A stretch of 63,764 nucleotides of DNA, filler included, from Folioceros fuciformis (Eukaryota), in NCBI GenBank assembly GCA_049999805.1. It is 4 parts of 3 records of this genome, joined end to end, with 100 filler letters (N's around TTAATTAATTAA, not from the genome) between each part and the next. Parts side by side here need not be neighbours in the genome. Positions count along the whole stretch, not along the records: positions 1 to 24,208 come from JBNGIO010006173.1; 3 more parts are not named here. The stretch is one strand, 5' to 3'. Both the position numbers and the translations under genes were made by a program. The notes under the pieces are model-generated. The model searched no databases, had not been told where the DNA came from, and saw only the letters and a program-made list of their open reading frames with translations. Below, one piece after another: positions 1-12,925 of the stretch (position 1 is the first letter of the stretch; each line of letters begins with the position of its first letter).

Positions 1-3000
1 GCCACGGTTCAAAGAGGAAGGAGCCCAGTGTCCTCCACCCGCCATGCCCGGAGCGGAAACAATTTCCTCCCTTCCAACAGGGAAGCGACAAATTAAGCAC
101 GGTTGCACTGGCAGACGCCGGGATATGTCTGGCCTCCGCGGGCGATGGCGGAGCGAGGAGGAAGCGTGACGGAGAGAGTGTAGAGAGAGGATGCTAGAGG
201 CATCTAGAGGCCCCTGGCGTTGCCTACGGTCGGCCAAGAAACGACCGGTCGCCCGGCCCACTGCTCGATGGCGACTCCGGGCCTCCGGTTCGTGGTACTA
301 TACACACCGGGGTGGTAAGAAGCGCGAGCGGGCGCCGCTTCTTACCGCGTTGGAAGTTAGTGTGTCCAGCAGTGGCGTTCCGGCGTTGACCACTGTTTCC
401 GGCCCCGGTGTCCGGTTTCCAGTTCCCGGTTCCCCGTTCACGGTTTCCGGTCACCGGCTCGCGTGTCGGGGCTAGGGTTAGGGCAAGTTGCGTGCAGGCG
501 ACGTCGAGGCTGTGGAGAGAAGCTGTCCGCACGCCCCACGGGGCTCGAGACACGCACACATGTACACACGTCCAACACATCCAAGCCAGGCGACAGAAGT
601 CGGAAAGAGACGTGATTATCAAGAGATTAGGATATTTGTGCAGTTTGGTACGTGCGAAGGCACAAAGCTGTTGCTGCCAGCGGGGTGCTCCAGCCAGGTG
701 TCGGATGGCGATTCGGTGGGAGTCTGGAAAACGCTGGTGGGGCGAGATGCTTGTGTTCCGTTCCGTTTCGTGACACGGGGGTCTGAGGTGGCTGGCCTGG
801 CTGAATGCTTGTTTAACTGCCCTAATAAAATCGATTATAAATCCGGAGCTAATGGGCTGGCCACTGCCACTCACGGCCTGGCTCTCATCCTCACAAGTTG
901 CACCAGGCCGGCTTGCCTTGGCTGGGCTCGCCGCCTCGCGAGATGTTGGAGCCAGGGCCAAGATGTGAGGCTGGGCCGTTGGCACTCATGGTGTGACAAC
1001 GGCTCTCACCGCTGGTCGGGTGTGCATAATGCTGCCAAGCTACATGAGTGTTGTGATAGAGAAACAAAGCATGGGCATACTGCTCCGCCGCCCCGCCCGT
1101 ATGGCTGATTAGACCAGGCCAGAGCAAACAAAAAGAAGGGCACAGTAATGGCCGGTCGAGTCCCCACCTACTGTACTGGCTCAACGTCGATGTATGCGCG
1201 TGGTGGCCCAGGCCCCAGGCCCCCGGCCCAGGCCCAGGCCGGCCTGATATGTGGGCGGATTTGCGGTAAGGGAGTATTTATGAATGGGCTGCGGGCGTTG
1301 ACGTCATGGATTCCAAGCAACTCACTCAGAGAGCCTCACTCGCAGCCTCCACTCCAGAGGCAGATGATTCGAGAGCGCTTATATTAGGTTATCTAGCTCG
1401 CTTGGTACACGCTGGGTCTGGGTGCTGTTGGAGACGTGGCTGGAAAGGCGGTGCTGGAATGGACTGCAAGGCGATGGCTTGCGCAGTGGCAGATGCAGGC
1501 CACAGGTTCCATGGAGCTCCAGGCACCTCCTGCGGCAGCTGGATGCACAGGAGTGTGTCCGCTGGTTCAACTGGGCGCTGCATCCAGGAAGCCCAATGGC
1601 CAAGCTCGGAGGGCATTCCTGTTCACTGCAGGAATAAAGACGTCGGACTTTTTCCTGACACACCGATGCTGGTGGCTGATAGAGGAGGACCCGGGAAGGG
1701 AACCACGACATGGGTGGCATGAGTGACACACGCTATCCTACAGACCGAGGGGCCTGCCTTAGGCTTGGCGTCCATTTCCGAAAGCAGATGGACAACGCCT
1801 GGAGGCTTGGGGCCCTGCCACACTCGTGCATTGGCTGTAGCAGGACCAAGTGTGCTGGGCACAAGGCTAGCCTAGTGCTCCAGCTCCAGCAACAAGGTAC
1901 ACACCGTACGTCCATATGTACATGGAGCGCTACAGCCTGCTCCCAATCCGTTCGTCACACGCCACAATTGACTGGCCTGTCCGCCTGCCCAACGGAGACA
2001 AGTACAGTACATGTGACATCAGCCATCTGTCTCCTGCCCTTTCCCTACCTTTCCTTTCCTGCTAAGTAAGTATGTATGAACCATGTAAGCTGGCTGGGCT
2101 GGGTTAGGCAATGTCCATCAATATGGATCGGGTATTATGAAGCGCTGTGTTTGAAACAAAGAGTGTGACGCCACCGTATGCCTGTATGCACGCGTGTTTC
2201 AGCTTCCTTTCCAACCACTCCGACCGACTGATGAGAGACTGTCATCCCACTCAATTCCAGTCCAGTGGATGAGCGAGGTGTCCTGTACCGCGCAACAAGG
2301 ACATGACATCTTCATGAGCCTTTGTCCCTTCTCCGTATTCGGTCCACGTAGTAACACTTGTGCACTTTCTACATCTTTAATTAAATAAAGTATAAACTGA
2401 CTTAAATTATTTTTTATATTTATTTTATTATGATATTATATATTAATTTTATGCACTAGCTAAGCTCGAAGCCTAATCCATACTTTCTTTCTAGTCCAGC
2501 TATAAGAATGGAGACTCCATCAATAAAATAAGACTTGAAGGGCAGCCTATTTGACTATATACCAGTGAATTGAGGGCAAAGAATTCGTTAAATGGCAAAG
2601 AACCCACTAAATGTTACTCGCCATGGATGTGGCAAAGAANNNNNNNNNNGCCATGGATGTGGCAAAGAACCCACTAAATGTTACTCGCCATGGATGCCAA
2701 GCCAAGAATTGGTCTACTAGCCTCCATCAACATCACCTATATGATGAAAAAGGACTTATGTAGCTACAACTACTGTAAATGATGCCTTATGGCTTGCACT
2801 AGCTATCATCTAGTAAAGAACTGGCCTACTAGCCTCCATGAACATCACTTATGTGATGAAAAAGGACCTATCTACAACTTTAACTATTAAAATAAATTAA
2901 TATATTTATTTAGAATATTTTAACATATCAAACTAACTCTTGAATTTAAAATAAGATTAAATTTTACTATAAATATTTTATAATAATAATTGAATATAAT

Positions 3001-5197
3001 AAATGAGATGTGGTAGCATTATTAAAGAAACTTATGACTATTTTAATAATAGAGTAATAGTTTATGAAGTATATTAAATTATTTTTAACGTTTACTAAAA
3101 TTGGCTATATTCTACTTGCTAATTGGAAAAAGAAAATGCTCGTAAGAGTTTATAAAAGTAATGTGAAGTAAGGATATTTGTTTGAATATGAATAATTTGA
3201 ATCCAATATAGATCCAATGATGAAAATATTATGAAAGGAGCTTAGGTTAGTGGTTTGGACTTGGGAGCTTTCTAAAGAGTTTAACCATTAATTCATAAAT
3301 ATGATTTAGAAATATTATAATTATATATATTAAAAATAAATTATTTTGAGAAAATTAAGTGCTTTTTCTTAAGAAAGACAAAAGGGATGTCTTGCTTACT
3401 ACTACCACCAAGAGAAACAAGTACAATAACTTGCATGAATGATGAAATAATTGTACTCCTTTAGGGGCAAGTAATCTCTAAGATGGTTGCAGACCATCCC
3501 TAATGGATCCCCTGGTGGAAATTCATGGAGTGAAGGTACGGGCTTAACCAAAGATGATTTTGTAGGCTTAAAAGGCTTCTCAACAGAGAAGTTCAGTTCC
3601 TATTGTTTGGCTAAATAGAGTTGCTAGGCACAAGATGAAGGGCCTGAAGGATGTTAACAGTCTCCTCAAAGCAAGTTGGTGCAATTAGGGATGAAGAGCA
3701 CAACTATCCTATGTCTTCTTCACGTGAATAATCAAAAGACATAGTTTAATATACACCCTCTTAAAAGACTCCTCAATCCCAACATGGGAGTATTAAAGAT
3801 GGCTGATAATCTTCCCACAATAATACTAAGGACACCACCTGGGAAGAAAAGGAACACTGCCCATGCATCATGAAGTGCCTTGAGAGGCACCAAAGATAAG
3901 GCAAATGTAGAAAACCAAGATTTGTAGAGAGGCAACAGATGGTCCACGTTGTCAATGAATCTAATGCTAAGATGCCACAGGAAGTCCAAATTTTGGGTCT
4001 GGACTTAGGAAAATAGCTATAAAATATGGTAGCTATTGTTGACCATCCCACATTGTTTGATCAAAGTCCTTGTAAACTAAGCCAATATGGTTCTTAACCT
4101 TGATCTATAAGAGTGTTTTTTTAGGTAGAGAATGAGGTATTCTATCTCAAAGGTACCCATGAAAAACACCTTAAGATGTGGTCACCAAAACTTGCTCACA
4201 CCATAAGGACATTGTTGTTTAGAATAATATGAAAGCCTCTTCGACTTTAGGGTTGTGTCTATCTTCCTGCTTAGATTATCACTACTGACTATAAAGATTC
4301 CATTAGTGAACATATCATCCTCAATCCTTTTAGGACAATGAAGGGATGTACTACAGCAACGTTCCCACTTGTAGGAAGGAAGAAATAGAACCTTAAAGAG
4401 ACTATCAAGGCATTTTCACACCATAAGCAAAATGTCCCCTATAGGACTTGATGTTCGATCAAATTTCTCATCTTTGTGTCAAGAAATTACATACCTTTTT
4501 CAAAAGACCATCTACCTGAACCCAGGGAAACAACTCTTCGATATACAAGCCTAGTATATCTCTTTGGGCTGCTTGAGGTCATATCGGAATTCAAGATGCG
4601 AAATGAAGTGTCACAAGTAATACTACGTACAACCCGTAAGAGTTACATCCTCTAACGAATCCGTTTGCTCACGTAAGTGTCTGTACTTGGTCCAAAAGGG
4701 TCTCAGGCAAGGATGCGTCCTCCACGCACCACGTTAGTGGCGGAACAGAGTAAGACACTGCCACTGGACGGCACTCTGCATCGTAGGCTGGGAGTAATGT
4801 GAACGATAACACCCCATTCAATAAATCAGCCGAATTTACTTTGCAATGTGTGCTTTGTACATTCTACTCGCGCTTATCACCCATTCTGCGTATGTCCGCA
4901 AGCACTCACGGACATCCCGGACTGCCCTTCAGCCCACCCCTTTCTGCATTTGCAGATAGTAATACCCTGCCCTGTTGCACACCTCCGACGTTTGTGAATC
5001 TGCCTTCAGCAGAAAGGCAAATGAATGTGGTAAACGTGCGTGCAGCGATGTCCTCCTGCTCATTTTCTGCATTGAAGGGATATGGAAATTCCTGACTTGA
5101 CCCGGGCTGGGCGTATCCTTCCATGTTAGGTGCTATTTATTAGGTGCAAATACTTGCAGGTATTTGCAGCTGGCTAGTAGTAGGGAATGACGGCTAC

Positions 5198-5767
5198 TTG
5201 TCGATAAACCGCTCCAGAATTTAAGAAATCCGGAGGGGATCCTTCTACAAAGAACGGTCTGTACTTATGGCCCATGCATTGATAAAGACAACTCTTTGGG
5301 CAGGAATGTTCTAGCCTGCTACCTTGGTGGCTTCCACAGAAGAGTGAGGAACCAACAGAGGTACACCTGGATGTCACCGGATCGTCTCCTTGACTCTAGA
5401 TGCGTCAGTTTTGGAAGATCCACGCCAGTAACCTGTCGGTAGCTGCGCACCACGTAATTCACCTCCTACCGTCATCTCTCCGAAGTTGCAGGATGTCGCA
5501 ATAACTCAGTCATCGCCCATTCCGTAGTTACAATGATTGTTGTGACGACTCCAGCCACGATCATTGACAAGTCCTTCAAAGGGAAAATGTGGTTATTGCT
5601 GCCCTGGCTCACATGGGAGTTTCCCATATTCGACCATTCAGGTTTGTAGCTCTGGATGATGGTAGCTTTGAGGGATTAGCCTGTCTCTCTACAGAGTCGC
5701 TCGATAGCTGGTCTTCTTCATTCAACTGCAACCAGATGTCAAGATAGCTAGTGTTTTGCACTTGGGC
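5198..5767 (-). pseudogene. Inverted, truncated CYP71-clan P450 fragment (end of exon 3, intron 3, exon 4)
   Basis: The reverse strand reads gcccaagtgcaaaa...gttgcagttgaatgaagaagaccagct, then ttgaaggac...acggaatgggcgatgactgagttattgcgacatcctgca...gagcggtttatcgac. This is colinear with 41481-42042 and 29350-29900 but carries stops and frameshifts. Confidence 0.9.
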
Positions 5768-7349
5768 CCACGTTTTTCATTCACAAGAAGATGCTCGTTA
5801 GACCACATTGCACGCAGGACTCAGGAGCTGGTGACTCGCACTGGTTTTTCTGCTGCTGTACTGGAATTGGTAAAGTTTTCAGGTACCTCAGTTCTGATCA
5901 AAAGCACCCAGATCTTTCCTTCCCCGAGGACATCGTTAGGGAAGGGGTTAGGAAGTCTTCCATGTGGACGTCCAGTCCTCATAATTTTCAAGAAAGTAGC
6001 ATAAAATCCCCTCTTGATGTTTATTAGGCCACACCTTGGGCGAGAAAGGGCTTGCCGCCAGGCGATCGGATCACATCAGGTCTCCAGATGTCACACACAC
6101 AACTTATGCTTCATTTCATCTGGACGACATGTTCCTTTCAGCACATTGAGAAGCCTTATGCAAATTTGCACCTGCACAGCACCAGGTCTTTCCTGGACTT
6201 CGCTTGGCCGGTCGTTACCAACTCCGGTGACGCTCAGCCATTTGAATTGTTGCGAATCGCCCGGGAAATAAGGGCTCATGTCCGCAGCTGCTGGAATCGG
6301 GAATCATTTAGGCATCGACCCTGGGCCTGCAGACTTGCAATCCATTCCATTCCCCATGGCTAATTCGTGACCACCCAACATCAATACCTTCGTCGAGTTC
6401 GTCTTTTGGCGTCATGGTGACTACTGGCTGGCTCCTGATTTTGAGAGCCCAGTATAATCTCGACCTTCCAGTTTGATGCGTCTGGTGAAATGCAAGTGTG
6501 CAGGCTAGTGCTGGTGCCAGGATGTGCTCCTGGACCAATTCCAGCAGCTGTGAGCATGAGGCGTTATTGCCGGTGGAATTTTGAACGGTTCAACTGGCTG
6601 CGCTTTGACCACAGTTTGAAAGACGCTGGCCAGGTGGTGTGCCAAATATGTTTTGTACTAACGCGGTCTTGCAAAGTACCGTTGCTTTGGCATGAGCAAG
6701 TGTAAACTTGCAGTCATTTGGCCCCACTGGTCATGGACTGTACAGCAACACACTAAGTAGACACAGAACGCACCCTGTCGAGTTGGTCAGGCAGGCAGGT
6801 AATGTTTCCCTGATGCTGCAATGATGGTGATATGCAAGGTTCGATCCGTGCCAAGTTGTGGCGGAGTTGCTAGCTCCGAATTTGCACGCAGGATGGGAGG
6901 AGGTGATATGCGAATCATGTGCAAAAACTCCGGACACGAATTTCCATGCTCCTTCCATCTTTTGCTTCATTGTGGCTTCCAACAGCAGTTTTGCCAAAGC
7001 ATCTCCCGAATGCCAGATCGATCACCAACCAACTCATATAAGCATGGGATACCTACTGTCGAGATCATGTTGCAGTGGGTTCATGAAAGAGTACCGAGAA
7101 TTCAGCTTGATCTAGAATCGGCTTTAAGTATCAATGTTACAACGCTCTACAGCTGTATTCGATAAGTACATCGCGTCAGCGCGCTGCCTACAAATAGGAT
7201 GCGACTGCCTTGTGTTGTGTTGTGTGAATCAATCAGGTTGATAGGAGGTGGGGTTGGCCGTGTTAATCAAGTGGTGTTCTTGCAGGTAATCTTTGTTCGG
7301 CGCAACTGAGCAATACATAAGGACGTCGACCATCCTCAGTCGACCACGA

Positions 7350-7980
7350 CGCAGGCCAGTGGAGGAATTCAGACCGATCACACTCTCGTGGTCCTTGAAT
7401 CTGAATTTGCTAGGGATTGTCACAGCAAGGGAGGTTCATAAGCTGACCGAACGTGAATCCGGTGCGATGGTGGAAGGCGCAAAGGATGTGGCAACAGCTT
7501 TCCACTTCTTGGCTGGCGATTTCTTGGAGACGCTCCAGGAGATCATCCCGGAGGAGGAGCTTTACGTCGACAGCCGAAAACCTGAGCAGGAAGGTGTCTA
7601 CCCCTGTGTCTTCCAGACTTTCGGTGATCAATGTGGTGCCAAGCTAGAGGCCGTAGTAGCGGAATCGACGGACCTGCAGTTCTTAGCTGATTAGAATCAA
7701 CGCCATGATGATGACTTTGGAAGCGAAGGACAATGGAGACGCTAGGGCTACTAAAACAGCTATGATTTTGGTCGAGTGGCCAACATCACTGGGGACGATC
7801 AGAGACGTCTAAGCGTAAGGTCAAGTAAGGTGGATCCAAGGTCTTGGCCGTGGTAGTGGAAGGCAATGGACAGGTAGCGGGTGGATCAACGTACGATCTC
7901 GTCATACTACTCTCGCTGATGCACAGGTCGCCCGAAATCCAGTTTAGGGGAGCTGGCGTCACGATGAAGCTCGTTGATGC
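7350..7980 (-). pseudogene. Possible degenerate LEA_2/NHL-like gene relic
   Basis: Reverse translation gives SIAFHYHGQDLGSTL and QVRRFRYYGL*LGTTLI...LQEIASQEVE...CCDNP*QIQIQGPREC. These loosely resemble the LEA_2 YxGxxLG motif and terminal Cys pair. Multiple stops; pattern recognition only. Confidence 0.3.
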
Positions 7981-8771
7981 GTGAGATTCAGCATCTCATG
8001 AAAAATAAATTGTTGTATCCTCTGAACCCTGGTATTGGTATGTACACCGTAGAAGTTTTTCTTTTCGTTTCACAGTAGTTCGACGACGAAGCGTGAGAAC
8101 TCGCTCCCTTCACTTTTCCTTTCGATGCGGACTTGGTTTTGTTCTTCACTCCTCGCTCTGATCGCTCCAGCGTTGTTATCGCTTCAGTTCAGTTTAGGTT
8201 TACCGGTTGCGCGCATCCAAGGAAAGGAAAAATTTTGGTTGTCTCTTTCTGCGGTTTTGGATGTATTCTTGGCATTCGTCTTTTGCAATGATTTTATTAG
8301 GGGTCGCCCTAGGAAGGGTCTTTAGATGTTGGTCCTACTCACTCTTTAGGATAAGAGCAACTTCATGTAGGTAGGACTAAAAAGCGCATACTTTTAAGAC
8401 GAGCCAAGTATCGGGATGCATGAAGACTCCAAGCATTTAATGATAGAATGGGAAAATGTTAGGGGTTAGGGTCTAGCTTCTTGGTCTCATTCCTGAATAT
8501 TCTTATACCTTGTCTTTGGTACCTAAGTTGTTCATGTTTTTTTTATCCATAATTGAAGACCTAAGTCACTCCTTTGATGACCATGTTGTAGAGGGGCTAC
8601 GAGTGCAAGATTGTTGAGCTAGGTTGGGAATGTCACAGCCTTGTGGCCATGGCTCAAGATTCCATTCTAGGAGCCAGCTTCTATTCAAACTTCCACCCAC
8701 ACCTAGTCTTCTTCTACCTCAATGAGGCAGTTTGAAACAATTATAGAGCTTACACAGTTTTAGAAGGACGG

Positions 8772-9480
8772 TTGTTTAGGATTGGAGGAAATAGAGTGCT
8801 TAGGTTGTATACATGGGGAGACCAAATCCCAAGAATTCTACTCAAAGTACATGATTCAGTTCATGGTGGCTACTTTGACTTAGCTACAACAACGAAAAAG
8901 GTCTTTTGTGATGGATATTTCTACCCTACCATGTTTTGGGATGTGCACGAATGCTGCAAACAATGCCCAAGGTGCCAAAAATATGCACCAATTAGTTTAA
9001 GGAATGGCGTGCTTTGCCCAATGTTTCACCTATTACATTGCAAGGAATGCTTACTTGGTGGTTGCAACATACTGCACAACCAAGTGAGTGGAGGCCTATC
9101 TTGTTCCAGCAATTTCCAGTGATGTTGTTACTCAATTTTTACATCACCAAGTGATAACTAGGTTTGGGTATTCTCATGAGTTAATCTTTAACCAAGGAAA
9201 GCAATTTTTGAACATTGTTGTAGCTAGGATGACTCACATGTATACAATCAAGCACAAGTTCACAATCCAATATCATTTTGTGACTATTAGAGAAGTAGAG
9301 AGTTTTAACAAGCTTAAGGCTTTGACCAAAGTGTTGACCAACACTATTACTGAGGCACTTAAGTGGGACCAACACTTTAATGAAATGCTTTGGGCCATAC
9401 ACACAAGGACAAAGGCTTATCTTAACTTGTTACCCTTTAATATAGTCTGTGGAGTAGAAGCAAGAATACCAAGTATTCTT
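8772..9480 (+). mobile_element. Ty3/gypsy integrase relic
   Basis: Zinc-binding region HDSVHGGY...YPTMFWDVHECCKQCPRCQ, then a frameshifted core FLHHQVITRFGYSHELIFNQGKQF...EVESFNK...PFNIVCGVEA. No LTRs seen. Confidence 0.85.
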
Positions 9481-9949
9481 GCTTGTCTTATAGAACATTA
9501 CTTTGCATTTTTGCTCATCTTGTACGTATTTGCACGTAGCAATTGGGCATATTAGTTTTCAGCTAGGGTAGGTTGACAGTGTTCGGACATATCGTTTCCA
9601 CCATTCCTGAATGCATGACATCCATTGGCCAGCGCACTGTACCGCAAACTCCTTACGTGATTTGCTAAGCAGGTTTAGATTGTTTGGATAACTGTTACAC
9701 CCTCAATTGTTATTCAATGAATTGTTCTGCATTTGTCCACAACATATGTGGTATCATGGTTGTGTGTATGTAACCTCTACACTACCAATGTTGTCCGCTA
9801 GATACCTTCCCCAAACTTCTTAGGGTACTAGCTCGATATGCCATCATGCATTGTCAATGACCTCCTTGCCTTTTATGGAGTGAAGGTGGATTAGGATGAA
9901 GGGTGATGTGTTTGGAAGTGACCTTTGTCAATACGTATCTAGCAATCCT

Positions 9950-10520
9950 AGGTAGTAGTAGCTCACTGCATGCAATACTGGCTGCCTGAGGAGAAGTATC
10001 AAGCAGCATTGAATGTGCACAAGGAGCGCTTGAGTATAAAGAGGAAAAAGATGAAAAAAATTGGAGTAAAAGCTATGTCTACCCACAAAAGTATATGATG
10101 CTAGCAATCGATGGCATGGATCAAAAGAAGGCCGAGTTGCCACACTTCCTATGATGGCCCAAGAACTTAAGCAAAGATGTTCATATATCAATTAACATCG
10201 TGGGTTGCATGATCCACAACTATGTGTTTAAGACCAAGGCATTTTTACATTTTTTCAATTTAAGAAATGATGCAAATCTGACCATATGTGTGATTCTCAA
10301 CATGATACACAATTATGAGGGCGTCTTGTTAAAGATGTTCTACTTGCAATTAGACAACACATGCAAGAAGAATTAGCTTCTATTTACTTACTTGAATATG
10401 TTAGTAGATATAGGGACATGATCGAATTAAGATAGGGTTTCTTCTAGTAGGCCATAAACATGACCAAATAAATTACATGTTTTCTTGCTTCTCTATAAAC
10501 TTGAGACACAAGGAGGCTCA
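9950..10520 (+). mobile_element. Degenerate DNA-transposon transposase relic (DUF7869/Sola-like)
   Basis: Manual translation across stops: PQKYMMLAIDGMDQKKAELPHF...FYLQLDNTCKKN...GFLLVGHKHDQINYMFS. These match the DGMDQ, LQLDN and FLxVGHxHxxID motifs of this family. Confidence 0.7.
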
Positions 10521-11928
10521 TATGTCCTAGCACTTGCATCCATTATAGCCGATGCATACACATTGATTCTGGAGGTGAAAGAAATGATAAAGGTTCCACA
10601 CTTTCCGCCCGTACGTGTAGTCCCTTTAGATAGGCGAACAGAGACACCTTATAGTGTGGTAATCAAAGGGTTGAACAACCTCTCTTTCCATCACTAATTT
10701 AAGATCATGATAGAAAACAGAGACGACCGTGGCAACATTATATTCATCCAAAGCAAGCAGAATTCTACATCTATAATGTGGGAGATAAAGGGGGATTGGA
10801 ATCTCCAAGATTCGTCCTAACTAAGGACGTAATAGTAGCTCCTCTCCAAGCTTTGCGGGCCCAAGACAAAAAGGGCATAGAGGTGGGCTTGAAGCCTCTT
10901 GACGGTCTAGACCATCTAAAAGAAGGACTAGCATGTCTTCATCCATATGTGAACATTGAAGTGAGCGACTAGTGGGGGACATTCTAGTACAACCAAGAAG
11001 AGATTGCATGTAATGTGGAGAACAATATTATCAAACCTTTGCATTGTCCATGGAAATGGTTCTCTCGGAAGAAAGTTGGGGAGACAACGTTGCCCCTACT
11101 AGTTTTGGACTGGAGTATTCTCAACTTGTCACTACTAAGGGATCTTCCTCAATGTGACATGTATCTTGGAGGTTATAGACGGGTAAGTAGGAATTGGGAA
11201 GAGATGAACCATGTGAATGGCAATGAAAGCAAACTGCATGATGGAAGTGAGCTAGAGAGTGCAATTGAGAGCCGGGAGTCAATGGCTTTGTATCGAGTCC
11301 CAACTTAAGTGCACTTGCGCGTGAGCCTCAAACGCCAATTGGTACGCATTTGGAAATACCAATTGGCTTCCAAAGCATACGTGGGCATTGCACCCAACTC
11401 GGTAGACTAGCTCCTAGTTTGCATTGCATGTGCTAATAAGCTCCCATGCATATTAGACGGCTTATGTATGAACTCCCAAATGCTAGTTGGTTCCTATTAC
11501 ACACTCACTGCCAGTAGGCTCCAACTTTTGTTTGTGAATGCTAGTGAGATTGTAGTTTACTACCTTTTAAGTTTGGTTTAGGATGAGAAAATTGTCTTCG
11601 TAGCTTTCGAAAAGTATGCTTCTTTTTATATATAGCAAGCTCCCCTAAATAAGTAGCAACACTAAGAGCAATGTCAAGATTAAATTTCAAAGTGACAAAA
11701 TGAGCTATATGTCTATATATTTGGAAAGTTTTCTAATTCTACTAGAACAATGAAAAACAAGTTCTTCTTATTTTACAAGATCATTAATAACTTTGATCTC
11801 ATGGAGTTGAGCTGTAGGTTGAGGTACATGATTTGCACAACTCAAGCGGAGCAAGAGGGTCAAAGAGGATCATCATGCTACACGGATGGTGCACCTAGTT
11901 CACCTTGATGTATGTATTCATCATTCTT

Positions 11929-11976
11929 TTAACGCAAGTCGACTATTAACGCAAATCGACTATTAACGCAAGTCGA
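11929..11976. repeat. 17-bp tandem repeat x3 (TTAACGCAAGTCGACTA)
   Basis: Read directly. Confidence 0.9.
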
Positions 11977-12376
11977 TGTAACATTAGTCCCCACTTGATA
12001 TAAATGAAAAGCTATTTCATGATCAAAGAGAGTGACACTTTACTATTATGAGGAAGAGAATGGTTGATAACATATATGAGAGTGGCCTCCACTTGAGATG
12101 AATGAGAATCTATTTCACCATCAAAGAGAGTGACACCTTCACTATTATGAGGAAGAGAATAGTTTATAGCATACATGGAAGGTGCAAAAGGCTGAGTGTT
12201 CAGTAATAAAGAAGAAGCATTGCAGCAAAGAAGAGCTACTTCATTAAAAATCACTCCAGGGATTCTTTGGCCTTCAATGCATGAAAGGAGAGACAAAGGT
12301 GAGGCACGATAGCTGTGAAATATAATGGTGAAGCTTAACTAAATCCTAAAACAGAGAGATAGAGCTAAACTCAATG

Positions 12377-12433
12377 TGAGTAGGCCGTTGGTCAATGAGT
12401 AGGCCGTTGGTCAATGAGTAGGCCGTTGGTCAA
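12377..12433. repeat. 19-bp tandem repeat x3 (TGAGTAGGCCGTTGGTCAA)
   Basis: Read directly. Confidence 0.9.
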
Positions 12434-12925
12434 TAGAGCGAAGGACTATAATTTTTTGTGGCCTTATGAATAATCTAATTTTTTGTGGCCTTATGAATAG
12501 TCTAATCGGACTACAAAAAAGGTTGAGGAACAATGTCTTTAAGTTTTATCTTACATCTTCCTCTCTGCTTCTTCTTGCCTCATAAGCTCTCTCGCGCCTT
12601 TCCTTTTCAATAATTTTGTTTCCATAGAAGGTGGTGTGAGAAATGGCTGATTACACCTAACAGCTGGTCTCCATGCGCAGTCCGTTTCACACACTGACGG
12701 GATCTCCGTAGGTAGCGCACTATGTAACTCAAAATGGTACCGGACATGCGATCACCATTGTCCCCACTCCAGTGTGAAGTCTTATTCGCTCCATTTTCTT
12801 GAAATGCGGATGGGTGGAATGCTTGTGTGTATGTATGTACATCAAATTTCAAATCCATACACTTGGACTTGCTTCGACTCCCCCGATCATTTAGGGGTTG
12901 CGGGGCTCGAAGGGTAGGGGAAGTC

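Noticed and set aside
1-2350. GC-rich block with many overlapping ORFs, a telo-like motif (~473) and GGCCCA repeats (~1205-1240)
   Set aside because: Promoter-like, but no recognisable protein or consistent exon chain could be built.
2590-2700. Duplicated sequence flanking small N gaps (also 31460-31565)
   Set aside because: Probably contig-overlap artefacts.
6159-6180. TTTGCACCTGCAC resemblance to miR530/miR1030
   Set aside because: Partial match only, with no fold-back partner seen.
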